In this document: positions 41,483-51,265 of the stretch, one piece after another
How the letters are laid out: each line of letters opens with the position of its first letter
Numbering within the stretch: position 1 is the first letter of the stretch
Source: Cyanobacteria bacterium bin.51
GTDB lineage: Bacteria; Cyanobacteriota; Cyanobacteriia; PCC-6307; Cyanobiaceae
Assembly (NCBI GenBank): GCA_013203655.1
Contig: JABMPN010000057.1
Span: 16,451-80,450, forward strand
Direction of reading: 5' to 3'
DNA length: 64,000 bases
Notes under the pieces: model-generated
What the model saw: only the letters and a program-made list of their open reading frames with translations
Database searches by the model: none
Told to the model about the DNA's origin: nothing
Made by a program: the position numbers and the translations under genes

Positions 41483-43090
41483 TCACTGGCCGAGAGGGGA
41501 TCGCTGTTTCTGAAAAGTAAAAGTCGCCAGCTTCGACCAGATCTCCATCAGCAATGCGAACGGGTCTGTGAGCGCAGACGTTGTCGCCTGTCCTGCCAGA
41601 TCGCTCGAGCAGCCTGAGCGGTAGTGGATGGTTCTCTCCAATTCTGAGGCGGTCAGTGACTCGCTGAAGACGCGCTGGGTGGCCTGGATCGCTCCATCGG
41701 CGTCACTGGGGTCGTCATCGCGTTGCTGACGTTGCTCCAGTCGCTGCTCGATCAGGCCCTGGGGCGTGTGGAGGTTGAGGATCAACCAGGGCGATCCCTG
41801 TTGTTCGGCCAGGGCGATGGCGCGCTGGCGGCTGTCATGGCGCAGGTGGGTGGCATCGAGCAACACGGTCTGGCCGCGCTTGAGGCTGCGGCGGGCCTTC
41901 TCCAGCAGGGCTGCTTCGGTGCGACGGTTAGCTTCCGTTGAATAGAGCTTCTCCCTGGCGTTGCCGAGGGTTCGCTGCAGCGGCAAGAGACCGTGAAGCT
42001 GTTTGCGAATCCTGTCACTGCTGTGATGTTCGGCCAGCAACCAAGGGGCCAGGACTGTGGCCAGGTGACTCTTGCCGCTGCCGGAGCTTCCCCTCAGCAG
42101 GATCAGGGCGGCTGCGGCTTCGCCATTGCTGGCCTCGCTAAAGTTGGCGTAAGCCAGGGCCAGGCTGAGCTGGGCGCGGGCCTCCCGACCGCTGACCACC
42201 GCCACCTTGGCGCGCACATGGGCCCGATAGGCGCAGAACAGGGCGAGAACGGCTGGTTCGATCAGCCTTCCATAACCCTCCAGCAAGGGTGCGATCAGGT
42301 CTGCATGGCCGCTGGCCTGCAGCTCCATCACCAGAAAGGCGAGATCGGAGCCCCCATCGATGTGGCGCAGTTGGGCATTGAACTCAACGCAATCGATCAC
42401 GGCGATCGGCCTGTCCATCAACACATGCTCCAGGCGCAGATCACCATGGCCATCGACGGACCAGCCACCCTCCAGCCGGCTGAGCAGTAAGCGCCGCTGC
42501 CGCCGCAGGGCCAGAGCCAGACGCTGGTCGAGCAGCCGGTGCACGGCCTCAGGAATCAGGGCTCCAGCTGAACCGCGGGTGGCCCGCAGATTGGCGTGCA
42601 CAACCCGCGCAAAACTCTTGAGCAAAACGGCAGGCTTGGCAGCAACGAGGAGGTGATCGGCATGGAAAGCGGCAAGGCGTCGCCCCACGGCCTGCAGCTC
42701 CGGCGCTCCGGCACGGCCCTCCTTGAGTTGGACCATCAGACTGATTCCCGGATCGAAGCGGCGCATCACCACCGCTGCTTCGTGGCCAGAAGGGGTGGCC
42801 AGTTCGGTGACCCCCAGATAAAGAGCGGGAGCCAGGCGACGGTTCAGCCGCACCTCTTCTTCGCACCAGTGACGGCGAAGCTCCGGGCTGCTGTAGTCGA
42901 GCAGATCCCAGAACCGCAGAGGCTTCTTGAGCTTGTAAGCACGCTGCGCTGTTAACGCGACCACGCTGATATGGGTTTCAATCAGCTCGACGCGACGCTG
43001 ATCTAGCGGTAAATCGCCCCAAGCTTCAGCAGGGTAGACCGAAGGTCTGGCGAGGCTCTGGATCAGTGGCGAGAGATCAGGGGAGATCAA
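41483..43090 (-). CDS. Aminoglycoside-phosphotransferase-like plus P-loop kinase fusion protein
   Basis: ETHIS, AYKLKKP, EVRLNRRLAP, HGDL, IDCVEFN, then GSSGSGKS, SDRIRK, LDAT. Confidence 0.85.
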   Translation of the reverse strand: MISPDLSPLIQSLARPSVYPAEAWGDLPLDQRRVELIETHISVVALTAQRAYKLKKPLRFWDLLDYSSPELRRHWCEEEVRLNRRLAPALYLGVTELATPSGHEAAVVMRRFDPGISLMVQLKEGRAGAPELQAVGRRLAAFHADHLLVAAKPAVLLKSFARVVHANLRATRGSAGALIPEAVHRLLDQRLALALRRQRRLLLSRLEGGWSVDGHGDLRLEHVLMDRPIAVIDCVEFNAQLRHIDGGSDLAFLVMELQASGHADLIAPLLEGYGRLIEPAVLALFCAYRAHVRAKVAVVSGREARAQLSLALAYANFSEASNGEAAAALILLRGSSGSGKSHLATVLAPWLLAEHHSSDRIRKQLHGLLPLQRTLGNAREKLYSTEANRRTEAALLEKARRSLKRGQTVLLDATHLRHDSRQRAIALAEQQGSPWLILNLHTPQGLIEQRLEQRQQRDDDPSDADGAIQATQRVFSESLTASELERTIHYRSGCSSDLAGQATTSALTDPFALLMEIWSKLATFTFQKQRSPLGQ

Positions 43091-43098
43091 GCGGTTTG

Positions 43099-43371
43099 TC
43101 AGTCGCCTCTAGGGGATGCTTCGTTGCTTGGCGCCGCTGGGGTGTAGTTGACCGTGCATCTGTAACGGGTGTTGCCTATTCCCACGGAGAAGCTTTCACA
43201 GTCGGTGGTTCCGACGACGGCCCCAGCCGGGATCTGCTCGATCGCCCGCTGGCGCGCATTCTCTTCGTCCCAGACCGAGTCGGCTGTGCTGGATCCGGCC
43301 CAGCTGGTGCCAGCAGAACCAAGACTCAGTGCAACAAGCAGAAGGATGGAGCGAAAGGGCAAGATCGCCAT
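43099..43371 (-). CDS. Small secreted hypothetical protein
   Basis: Signal peptide ending SWA; two Cys (TDCES, YRCTV). Confidence 0.65.
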   Translation of the reverse strand: MAILPFRSILLLVALSLGSAGTSWAGSSTADSVWDEENARQRAIEQIPAGAVVGTTDCESFSVGIGNTRYRCTVNYTPAAPSNEASPRGD

Positions 43372-43464
43372 GGCCAAAAACTGCCGAACGGGTGGAAGCA
43401 ACCTCTTCACATTGATTCTACGGAGATCACCGGCGAACTCCTTGGTCTTTACAGCCTGCACTGC

Positions 43465-43509
43465 CTGCGAAGAACAGATCTGCGCAGGACAGATCTGCGA
43501 AGAACAGCC
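43465..43509. repeat. Three 15-bp tandem repeats
   Basis: CTGCGAAGAACAGAT / CTGCGCAGGACAGAT / CTGCGAAGAACAGCC, intergenic. Confidence 0.8.
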
Positions 43510-43519
43510 CGAACCGCCA

Positions 43520-44164
43520 TCAGGCCTTGGCGACCACGGCGAAGAATGGATCGCCCTTGCCTCCCAGCCAGCCGAGCGGGCCACTGGCCGGGGTGTCTTC
43601 GGCAATGACGGCGTCGATGCTCCAGCCGGCCTGCACCAAGACCTGGCCCACCAGGGCAAGTCGCTCACGGTCGCTCGACTCCAGCCAGGCGACGGGGGCT
43701 TTGCTGGCGAACATGCGGTTACTGAACGCCACGATCACTTCCCCTCCCGGGCGCACCAGCCGGGCCAGTTCGGCGGCGATCGCCTCGGGGTGTTGCAGGT
43801 ATTGCCAGCCGGCTACGATCAGGACCGCGTCCAGGCTTGCCGAGGCCAGGGGAAGGGTCTGGTTTTCGTTGAGGTTCTGAACCCAGTGACGATCCAGCCT
43901 CGGGTTGGCCGCTAGCTCCGCTGCATTCAGGCCATGGCCGATCACCTCGCCGTACGGCACCGATTCGGGCAGGTGGCTGACCCAGCTGCTCATCAGATCC
44001 AGCAGCACCCCACCCCGCGGCAGGCGTTGCTGGTAAAGCGCCGTGAGTCGCTGTCGAAAGCCGGCATCGAGATGGTGCACGAAGCGGGGCTCGGCATAGA
44101 AGAGGGCGTCGTCGCCTTCGTCTTGCTTCTGCCTCTGCCGCGCCGTGAGCAGGATTTCGCTCAC
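43520..44164 (-). CDS. Class I SAM-dependent methyltransferase
   Basis: DDALFYAEPRFVHHLD, LDLMSSWVSHLP, GLNAAELAANP, FSNRMF, DPFFAV. Confidence 0.88.
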   Translation of the reverse strand: MSEILLTARQRQKQDEGDDALFYAEPRFVHHLDAGFRQRLTALYQQRLPRGGVLLDLMSSWVSHLPESVPYGEVIGHGLNAAELAANPRLDRHWVQNLNENQTLPLASASLDAVLIVAGWQYLQHPEAIAAELARLVRPGGEVIVAFSNRMFASKAPVAWLESSDRERLALVGQVLVQAGWSIDAVIAEDTPASGPLGWLGGKGDPFFAVVAKA

Positions 44165-44236
44165 GGCTGGATCCCCGCGGCTCTCCCCCCAGACTGGCCG
44201 CAGTGATTCCCCGGCCAAGATCCTTGGCCCTGCCCC

Positions 44237-44611
44237 ATGACGACCCACCGCCTCGTCGATGCCATCGGACGTGTGCTGATCGGGCTGGTTTTTCTGCACG
44301 CCCTGCTTGGCAAGGTGACGGGCTTCGCCGCCGTTTCAGCCGCGATCAGCGCCAAGGGACTCCCCTTGGCTCCTTTGCTGTTGGCGATGGCCATGCTGCT
44401 GTTGGCGGTGGGTTCCTTGTTGCTGATCAGCGGCTGGCGCAGCCGGCTTGGCGCCCTGCTCCTGCTGGTTTTTCTGATTCCCACCAGCCTGATCTTCCAC
44501 GATGAAGTGTCCGATGGAGCCGAGCGGATCCAGTTGCTCAAGAACGTGGCGATCATCGGTGGGCTGCTGTTGGTGGCCAATCAGCCTGCAGGCGGCCGAA
44601 GTGATCAATAG
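44237..44611 (+). CDS. DoxX-family membrane protein
   Basis: GRVLIGLVF, FLIPTSLIFH, KNVAIIGGLLL. Confidence 0.85.
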   Translation: MTTHRLVDAIGRVLIGLVFLHALLGKVTGFAAVSAAISAKGLPLAPLLLAMAMLLLAVGSLLLISGWRSRLGALLLLVFLIPTSLIFHDEVSDGAERIQLLKNVAIIGGLLLVANQPAGGRSDQ

Positions 44612-45576
44612 AGGCGGCTGAGCACGAACTCGGGCAGGGCCAGCAGGGCGGTTCCCGCTTCCGAATTCGGCAGCCAATCGAGGGCCTCGCCGGCCTCCTT
44701 GGCAAAGCCCTCGGCCAGGGCCCTGGAACGGGGGATCGCCTCGCAGCCCCTTACCAGTTCAAGCGCCTGAGAGAGATCGTCGGGCTCACAGAATTCCCTC
44801 TCGATCAGTCCGGTCAGGGCGGGCCGCTCTTCAAGGGCATAGAGGGCCGGGGCAGTGAGGTAGCCCGCCGCCAGATCGCTGGCGGCCGGTTTGCCCAGTT
44901 GCTGATCACTGCCGGTGAAATCGAGAATGTCATCGACCACCTGGAAGGCCAGGCCCAGCTGGCGGCCGAAGCGGTTGAGCTGATCGAGCTGGCCGACCTC
45001 CAGGCCGCTGAGCACGCCGGCGGCCTTGGCACTATTGGCGATCAGCGAGGCCGTTTTGCAGTAGCTCTTCTCGAGATAGGTTTCGAAACTCTGGCCCGTG
45101 TCGTAGCGATAAAGGCCTTGGCGCACCTCGCCATCAGCCAGATCCATGATCACCCGGGAGAGCAGCTTGACGACCGCCAGATCGTCCAGGTTGGCCAGGT
45201 GCCAGCTGGCCTGGGCGAAGAGAAAGTCACCGGCCAGCACCGCCAGGCGGTTGTTGAAGCGGCTGTGAACCGTGTCAACACCGCGCCGGGTTGAGGCTTC
45301 ATCGACGACGTCGTCGTGGACCAGGGAAGCGGTGTGGATCATCTCGGTGATCTCAGCCAACCGACGATGGCGGCTGCCGAGCTCGCCATCGGGCGACAGG
45401 GCCCGCGAAAGCAGCAACACGATCCCCGGCCGGATCCGCTTACCGCCGGCACTGAAGAGATGTTCAGCCGCCGCCTGCAGGATCGGATGCCCGGCGCCGA
45501 TCAAGCTGCGCAGATCACTGAGCAGAACCTCTAGATCGTTTTCAACTGGCTGGAGCAATTCCGCAACCGTTGCCAT
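44605..45576 (-). CDS. sds: Solanesyl diphosphate synthase
   Basis: GGKRIRP, EMIHTASLVHDDVVD, KTASL, FQVVDDILD. Confidence 0.93.
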   Translation of the reverse strand: MATVAELLQPVENDLEVLLSDLRSLIGAGHPILQAAAEHLFSAGGKRIRPGIVLLLSRALSPDGELGSRHRRLAEITEMIHTASLVHDDVVDEASTRRGVDTVHSRFNNRLAVLAGDFLFAQASWHLANLDDLAVVKLLSRVIMDLADGEVRQGLYRYDTGQSFETYLEKSYCKTASLIANSAKAAGVLSGLEVGQLDQLNRFGRQLGLAFQVVDDILDFTGSDQQLGKPAASDLAAGYLTAPALYALEERPALTGLIEREFCEPDDLSQALELVRGCEAIPRSRALAEGFAKEAGEALDWLPNSEAGTALLALPEFVLSRLY

Positions 45577-45599
45577 GTCCTCCGCCCGTCGGATTGATC

Positions 45600-46424
45600 C
45601 TAGGAGGCGCTCACCGGCGAGTGAAGGCCAACCTTCTCAACCTGGGGCTGCCAACCCAGCCAGGGGGTGGCGGCAAGAGCGAAGGCGTCCGGGTCGCCGG
45701 TGACGCAGAAACGGCCGGCTTGGGTTGTGAGCTTGGTGGGGTGGAGTCCGCAGCGCGAACTGGCCGGGACCGGGGCTTGCTCAAGAAGCGCGCCAAGCCG
45801 CTCGACGGTGGCCACCGCCGGGTCCACCAGGGTGATCTCGGCGGGGAGCAGGTCGCGCAGCAGCTCCTCAAGCAGGGGGTAGTGGGTGCAGCCGAGCACA
45901 ATCGCTTCGACCCGGGCGTTCAGCAAAGGCTTGAGATAGGCCGTTGCCGCTTCCCTGAGGCGGGGATCATCGAGATTGCCGGCCTCGATCAGGGGAACGA
46001 AGGCCGGACATCCCACTTCCACCACGATCATGTCGGGGCGCATCTCCCGCAGGGCCAGGCCATAGGCACCACTGGCCGCGGTGGCTGGGGTGGCCAGAAT
46101 CCCTACCCGATCGGCCTGCAGCTGGGTGGCAACGCTGTCGATCAGGCCAAGGACCGGCACGCCTGCCTCAGCTTCGACCAGGTCGAAGGCCAGGGCATTG
46201 GTGGTGTTGCAGGCCATCACCACCAAGTCCACCTGCTCCTGTCGCATCCAGAGCGCGATTTCCTGGGCGATCTGGCGGATCTCGGCACTTGATCGCTGCC
46301 CATAGGGCACCCGGGCCGTGTCCCCCAGGTAGAGGAAGGCCTGCTTTGGGTGACATTCGATCACCCGTCGAAGCACCGTCAATCCGCCCACACCGCTATC
46401 CATCAAGCCGATCCGGGCAGCCAT
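45600..46424 (-). CDS. murI: Glutamate racemase
   Basis: DSGVGGLTV, DTARVPYG, ACNT, LGCTHYP. Confidence 0.96.
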   Translation of the reverse strand: MAARIGLMDSGVGGLTVLRRVIECHPKQAFLYLGDTARVPYGQRSSAEIRQIAQEIALWMRQEQVDLVVMACNTTNALAFDLVEAEAGVPVLGLIDSVATQLQADRVGILATPATAASGAYGLALREMRPDMIVVEVGCPAFVPLIEAGNLDDPRLREAATAYLKPLLNARVEAIVLGCTHYPLLEELLRDLLPAEITLVDPAVATVERLGALLEQAPVPASSRCGLHPTKLTTQAGRFCVTGDPDAFALAATPWLGWQPQVEKVGLHSPVSAS

Positions 46425-47492
46425 TCAGCCTCCCCCCAGGTAGTTGAGGATGCCGCGGGCGATCGCGTTGGCCAGCTGGCTGCGGTGCGAGGCCGTGGCC
46501 AGCCGGGGGGAGTCCAGATTTCCGGTCAGGAAGCCGGTTTCCACCAGGGCGGCGGGCATCACGGTTCGACGGATCACGAAGAAGCGGCCTGGTTTGACAC
46601 CCCGATTCGGACTGCCCGGTGACACTCCCACCACCTCTCTCTGAACCGAGCTGGCCAGGGCCTTGGAGAGGGAACTCTGGAAGTAGAAGGTTTCGATGCC
46701 GTTGACATCAGGCCGCGCCATGCTCAGGGCATTGGCATGAATGCTCACAAAGGCGTGGGCGCGGCTGCTGTTGGCCAGGGAGACGCGCGGCGGTAAGTCG
46801 ACATCCACCTCTGAGGTGCGTGTCATCACAACCCGCACGCCACGGCTCTGCAGCAACCTGGCCGCTTGCAGACTGATGTCGAGCACCACATCGGTCTCAC
46901 GCAATCCGCCAATGCCGATTGCACCAGGATCGGGGCCGCCATGGCCCGGGTCGATAACCACGGTGAAACGCCCGCGCGGTACGGACGGCAGGGGGCCAGT
47001 GCTGGCCGGCCGTGACCAGGCCACGGTCGGGGCTTCGAGGCTGCCTTCGCCCAGCGAGGCGATGCTGCCGGAGCGGAGGCCTTCGAGCTCCAACCTCCAG
47101 CGATCACGGGCCGTTCCCACCAACCGCATGTTGCGCGGGTTCAAGCGGGTGCCGGGCACAAATTCCAGGACGAGCCTGGTGGTGTTGGGATCGGGTTTGC
47201 CGATCCGGATCTCCTTGAGGGCCCCGTTGCCGCGAATGCTGCGGGTGCGGCTGGGTGCCCCGGGCAGATCGATCCAGATGCGTGGTCCAACGCCACCCTT
47301 GCCGGCCTCATAGAACGCCGTGAGCGTGATGGAGGGTGAAGTGCGCAGCTCCAGCGCCCCATCACGGGCGATCCTCCAGGCCGCCAGGGCGCTGGCGGCC
47401 TCGGCCGGCAGGGCGCACAGCAGGAGTGCCACGGGCGCTACACCGCTCAGCAGAACGCGGCTCAGCGGCCCCAGCAGTGGTCGATGAAACAT
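46425..47492 (-). CDS. N-acetylmuramoyl-L-alanine amidase with AMIN domain
   Basis: IDPGHGGPDPGA, SIHAN, LVETGF; N-terminal signal and AMIN-like region. Confidence 0.92.
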   Translation of the reverse strand: MFHRPLLGPLSRVLLSGVAPVALLLCALPAEAASALAAWRIARDGALELRTSPSITLTAFYEAGKGGVGPRIWIDLPGAPSRTRSIRGNGALKEIRIGKPDPNTTRLVLEFVPGTRLNPRNMRLVGTARDRWRLELEGLRSGSIASLGEGSLEAPTVAWSRPASTGPLPSVPRGRFTVVIDPGHGGPDPGAIGIGGLRETDVVLDISLQAARLLQSRGVRVVMTRTSEVDVDLPPRVSLANSSRAHAFVSIHANALSMARPDVNGIETFYFQSSLSKALASSVQREVVGVSPGSPNRGVKPGRFFVIRRTVMPAALVETGFLTGNLDSPRLATASHRSQLANAIARGILNYLGGG

Positions 47493-47500
47493 CCGCAGAA

Positions 47501-48319
47501 TCAGAACAACGAGGGACAACGGTGGTTGAGGCTCGGCATCTGGGCCCGAACCCTTTGGCCATGGTTGGTATCGATCGGTGCCACCGCCAGCCCGACCGAC
47601 ACTCCGGCATCGGCAAGCACAGTTCCCCAGGGATCGATCACCAGCGCATGCCCATGGGTTTGCCTGCGCCCATAGTGCAAGCCGGTCTGCGCTGGCGCCA
47701 GCACGTAGGCCGTGTTCTCAATCGCCCGGGCCTGCAGCAGCACCTGCCAGTGGTCCTTGCCGGTGAAGGCGGTGAAGGCGGCTGGAATCAGCACCAGCTC
47801 CGCTCCAGCTCCAGCCAGATGGCGGTAGAGCTCAGGAAAGCGCACGTCGTAGCAGATCGACAGGCCCACCCTGCAGAGCCCGGGCACATCGACAACAGGC
47901 GGTAGGGCGACGCCGGGCTGGACCGTTTCCGATTCGCGGTAGGTGTTGCCGTCCGGCAAGTCCACATCGAAGAGGTGGATTTTGTCGTAGCGGGCCAGCA
48001 GCTGGCCGTCCTTGCCCACCAACTCGGCCCGGTTGAAGGTGACGCGCTCGCCGGCCGGCACAGGGAATCCACCCCCCAGCAGGGTGACCTGGTATCGACG
48101 GGCCATGGTGACCAGGAAGCGGCTGCAGCGTTCGGCCAGGCTGGGAGCCAACTCCAGGCGGAGGGAGTCATCGCCCATGAAGGCGAAATTCTCCGGCAAA
48201 CCAACCAGTTCGGCGCCGCGCCTGGCGGCCAGCTCGATCAGTTCCTCAGCAGCGGTGAAATTCGCCTCCGGATCCGGCGTGCTGGTCATTTGCAGGGCGG
48301 CTGCAAGGAAGCTCGACAC
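47501..48319 (-). CDS. Carbon-nitrogen hydrolase (Nit1-like amidase)
   Basis: LPENF (Glu), YDKIHLFD (Lys), ICYDVRFPE (Cys), ARAIEN. Confidence 0.92.
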   Translation of the reverse strand: MSSFLAAALQMTSTPDPEANFTAAEELIELAARRGAELVGLPENFAFMGDDSLRLELAPSLAERCSRFLVTMARRYQVTLLGGGFPVPAGERVTFNRAELVGKDGQLLARYDKIHLFDVDLPDGNTYRESETVQPGVALPPVVDVPGLCRVGLSICYDVRFPELYRHLAGAGAELVLIPAAFTAFTGKDHWQVLLQARAIENTAYVLAPAQTGLHYGRRQTHGHALVIDPWGTVLADAGVSVGLAVAPIDTNHGQRVRAQMPSLNHRCPSLF

Positions 48320-48392
48320 CGAAGAAGCAGGGAAGGACGGCGGAACTGTAGGGGAGGGGCTCCGGGCATCAGCCGGTTCCCGTGGCGTTGCT

Positions 48393-49166
48393 TCAGCTGG
48401 CCTTGAGCACGCCTGGAGTGGTCTGGATTGGCACGATCTGCAGATTGTCCAGTGCTGCGCAGCAGCGGAAGTCGGCATCGTGGTTCCCCAGTGCCTCCAG
48501 TCGCTTGCCATGGCTGGCGATTCGCAGACAGGCTTCAGGGTCGTGCTTCCACTGCTGCCAGAGCGCCAGGGCGGCCATCGTTTCGTCATTGCCTGACTCC
48601 ACCGTTTCGCCCCTTTTCAGGCCCAGTTCGATGGCGGCGGCGGTGACAGCCCCGGCGGCCAGGGTGTCCTCCAGGGAGTAGGCCCCTTCCCAGCCGCTGC
48701 CCACGATCCAGACTGTGCCGGCCCCCTGTTCAAGCAGCCGCTGGGCTACGGCGCTGCGGTTGGGCAGACAGGCTGTGAGCAGCAGGGGCACGCTGCTGAC
48801 CCGGTCGAGCGAGCGCGTGCCGTTGGTGGTGCTCAGAAAGATCCGTTTGCCACCCACCAACGCCGGGGTCACCGCCAGGGGTGAATTACCGAGATCAAAC
48901 CCCTGAACCCGAGTGCCGCCGCGCTCGCCGGCCCGCAGCCGTTGCTCAGCCGGCCAGGCGGCTGCCGCCGCTTCCAACGACTGCAGATCGGCGAAGGCCT
49001 GGACTGCTTCAGCACCGTTCTGCAGGGCCCAGGCGATCGTGGTGGTGGCTCGCAGCACGTCGATCACCACGGCGGCATCGGGGCTGGATCCGGCACTTGG
49101 GTTACCCGCTGCTTCCGGCCCCAGCGGCGGCACGGATTCCGAGCTGTGGAAGGTGAGGATCTGCAC
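48393..49166 (-). CDS. comB: 2-phosphosulfolactate phosphatase family protein
   Basis: [28 protein letters not shown]. Confidence 0.92.
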   Translation of the reverse strand: MQILTFHSSESVPPLGPEAAGNPSAGSSPDAAVVIDVLRATTTIAWALQNGAEAVQAFADLQSLEAAAAAWPAEQRLRAGERGGTRVQGFDLGNSPLAVTPALVGGKRIFLSTTNGTRSLDRVSSVPLLLTACLPNRSAVAQRLLEQGAGTVWIVGSGWEGAYSLEDTLAAGAVTAAAIELGLKRGETVESGNDETMAALALWQQWKHDPEACLRIASHGKRLEALGNHDADFRCCAALDNLQIVPIQTTPGVLKAS

Positions 49167-49221
49167 GGCGCGGCCGAAGGGGGAGGTGCGTCACAGTAAT
49201 CAGCACCTGATCCTTGCCCTT

Positions 49222-50784
49222 ATGACGGTGGCGTTGCCGAAGAGCGCAACACGCGACCTTCGCGGCTTCCTTGCCCTGCTCGAAGAACGCGGACAACTGC
49301 GGCGAATCACCGCCCCGGTCGATCCTGATCTGGAGCTCGCCGCCATCGCCGACCGGGTGCTGGCCCGCGGCGGCCCGGGCTTGCTGTTTGAAAATGTGAT
49401 CGGCAGCCCGATGCCCGTGGCGGTGAACCTGCTCGGCACCGTGGAGCGGGTGGTCTGGAGCATGGGGATGGAGCGGGCCGAGCAGCTCGAGGATCTCGGC
49501 GAGCGCCTGGCCCTGCTGCAACAGCCCCGGCCGCCCAAGAGCCTCAAGGAGGCGATGCGCTTCGGAGGCGTGCTCTGGGATGTGGTCAAGGCCCGCCCGG
49601 ACCGGGACCTGATCCCCCCCTGCCACCAGCAGGTGTTCAAGGGCGACGCGGTGAATCTCGACGCGCTCCCCCTGCTGCGGCCCTGGCCGGGGGATGCCGG
49701 TGGGGTGATCACCCTCGGCCTGGTGATCACCAAGGATCCTGAAACCGGGGTGCCCAATGTGGGCGTGTACCGATTGCAGCGCCAGTCGGTGAACACGATG
49801 ACCGTGCACTGGTTGAGCGTGCGCGGCGGGGCGAGGCATCTGCGCAAGGCCGCCGCCCTGGGCAAGCCCCTGGAGGTGGCGGTGGCGATCGGTGTGCACC
49901 CACTGCTGGTGATGGCGGCGGCCACACCGATTCCGGTCCAGCTCAGCGAGTGGTTGTTCGCCGGGATCTACGCCGGCGAGGGGGTGCGGCTGGCGAAATG
50001 CAAGACCGTGGATCTGGAGGTGCCCTCCCACAGCGAGGTGGTGCTCGAAGGCACGATCACCCCGGGTGAGGAGCTGCCCGATGGTCCGTTCGGCGACCAT
50101 ATGGGCTTTTACGGCGGTGTGGAGGCTTCGCCTTTGGTGCGCTTTCAGTGCGTCACCCAGCGGCGCAAGCCGGTGTTTCTCACCACCTTCAGCGGCCGGC
50201 CGCCGAAAGAGGAGGCGATGCTGGCGATCGCTCTGAACCGGATCTACACGCCGATCCTGCGCCAGCAGATCCCGGAGATCGTCGATTTCTTCCTGCCGAT
50301 GGAAGGGCTCAGCTACAAGCTGGCGGTGATTGCCATCGACAAGGCCTACCCCGGCCAGGCCAAGCGGGCGGCGATGGCCTTCTGGAGCGCCCTGCCCCAG
50401 TTCACCTACACCAAGTTCGTGGTGGTGGTCGACCGCAGCATCAACATCCGTGATCCCCGCCAGGTGATCTGGGCGATCAGCGCCCAGGTGGATCCCCAGC
50501 GGGATCTGTTCGTGCTGGAGGACACCCCGTTCGATTCGCTTGATTTCGCCAGCGAACGGCTGGGCCTCGGCGGCCGGCTGGCGATCGACGCCACCACCAA
50601 GATCGGTCCGGAGAAGCGCCACGCCTGGGGCGAACCGCTCAGCCGCCCGGCGGATCTGGAGGCCCATCTCGATGGGCGCTGGGCGGAACTGGGCCTGGCC
50701 GACCTCGGCGCCACCGATCCCGATCCCGCTCTGTTCGGTTACACGCTGGAGCATGTGCTGGAGCGGTTGGCGGCGCGGCGCTGA
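49222..50784 (+). CDS. ubiD: UbiD-family decarboxylase
   Basis: DLRGFL, NVGVYRLQ, GPFGDHMGFY, GRPPKEE, LDFAS, IDATTK. Confidence 0.93.
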   Translation: MTVALPKSATRDLRGFLALLEERGQLRRITAPVDPDLELAAIADRVLARGGPGLLFENVIGSPMPVAVNLLGTVERVVWSMGMERAEQLEDLGERLALLQQPRPPKSLKEAMRFGGVLWDVVKARPDRDLIPPCHQQVFKGDAVNLDALPLLRPWPGDAGGVITLGLVITKDPETGVPNVGVYRLQRQSVNTMTVHWLSVRGGARHLRKAAALGKPLEVAVAIGVHPLLVMAAATPIPVQLSEWLFAGIYAGEGVRLAKCKTVDLEVPSHSEVVLEGTITPGEELPDGPFGDHMGFYGGVEASPLVRFQCVTQRRKPVFLTTFSGRPPKEEAMLAIALNRIYTPILRQQIPEIVDFFLPMEGLSYKLAVIAIDKAYPGQAKRAAMAFWSALPQFTYTKFVVVVDRSINIRDPRQVIWAISAQVDPQRDLFVLEDTPFDSLDFASERLGLGGRLAIDATTKIGPEKRHAWGEPLSRPADLEAHLDGRWAELGLADLGATDPDPALFGYTLEHVLERLAARR

Positions 50785-51257
50785 TGCTCAGAAGGCGCGG
50801 CCTCTACGCCCTCCAGGCTCTGCTGGAACTGGCCATCGCTGAAGGAGGCTGGCGATCGGTCAGACAGCTGGCCGAAGCCCAGGTGATCCCGGCCCCGATG
50901 CTGGAGCAGCTGCTGTTGCTGCTGCGCCGCGCGGGGTTGGTGGAGGCGCGCCGTGGCCGCAGTGGTGGCTATCGCCTCAGCCGCAAGCCCGCAGCGATTT
51001 CCTTGGTGGAGGTGCTCAGAGCGGTGGGGGCCGATCCGGCTGCTGACCCGGTCATGGATACAGCTCCAGAATCAACGGCTGAAGGGCTGGAGCCCGGCCC
51101 CGAATCGGCCGGAGAACGGGTGGCCCACGCCCTGGAACGGCGGCTTCGTCTTGCTCTGGAGCGGGAACTGGCGCAGCTGAGCCTCGAAGAGCTCGTTTAT
51201 GACCTGCGCAGCTGGCAGGAGTATCTGCGCGAGGACGGCGGCCTGATGCTGGGCTGA
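50784..51257 (+). CDS. Rrf2-family transcriptional regulator
   Basis: YALQALLELA, LEQLL..LRRAGLV, RGRSGGYRL. Confidence 0.88.
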   Translation: MLRRRGLYALQALLELAIAEGGWRSVRQLAEAQVIPAPMLEQLLLLLRRAGLVEARRGRSGGYRLSRKPAAISLVEVLRAVGADPAADPVMDTAPESTAEGLEPGPESAGERVAHALERRLRLALERELAQLSLEELVYDLRSWQEYLREDGGLMLG

Positions 51258-51265
51258 ATCTGCTC

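Noticed and set aside
43465-43509. Possible mini-CRISPR
   Set aside because: Units are contiguous 15-mers with no spacers and there are no cas genes.
49102-50754. 550-aa antisense ORF opposite ubiD (similar ones opposite tal, purA, rpoD, hemC)
   Set aside because: Shadow ORFs expected from high-GC codon bias; no recognisable motifs.
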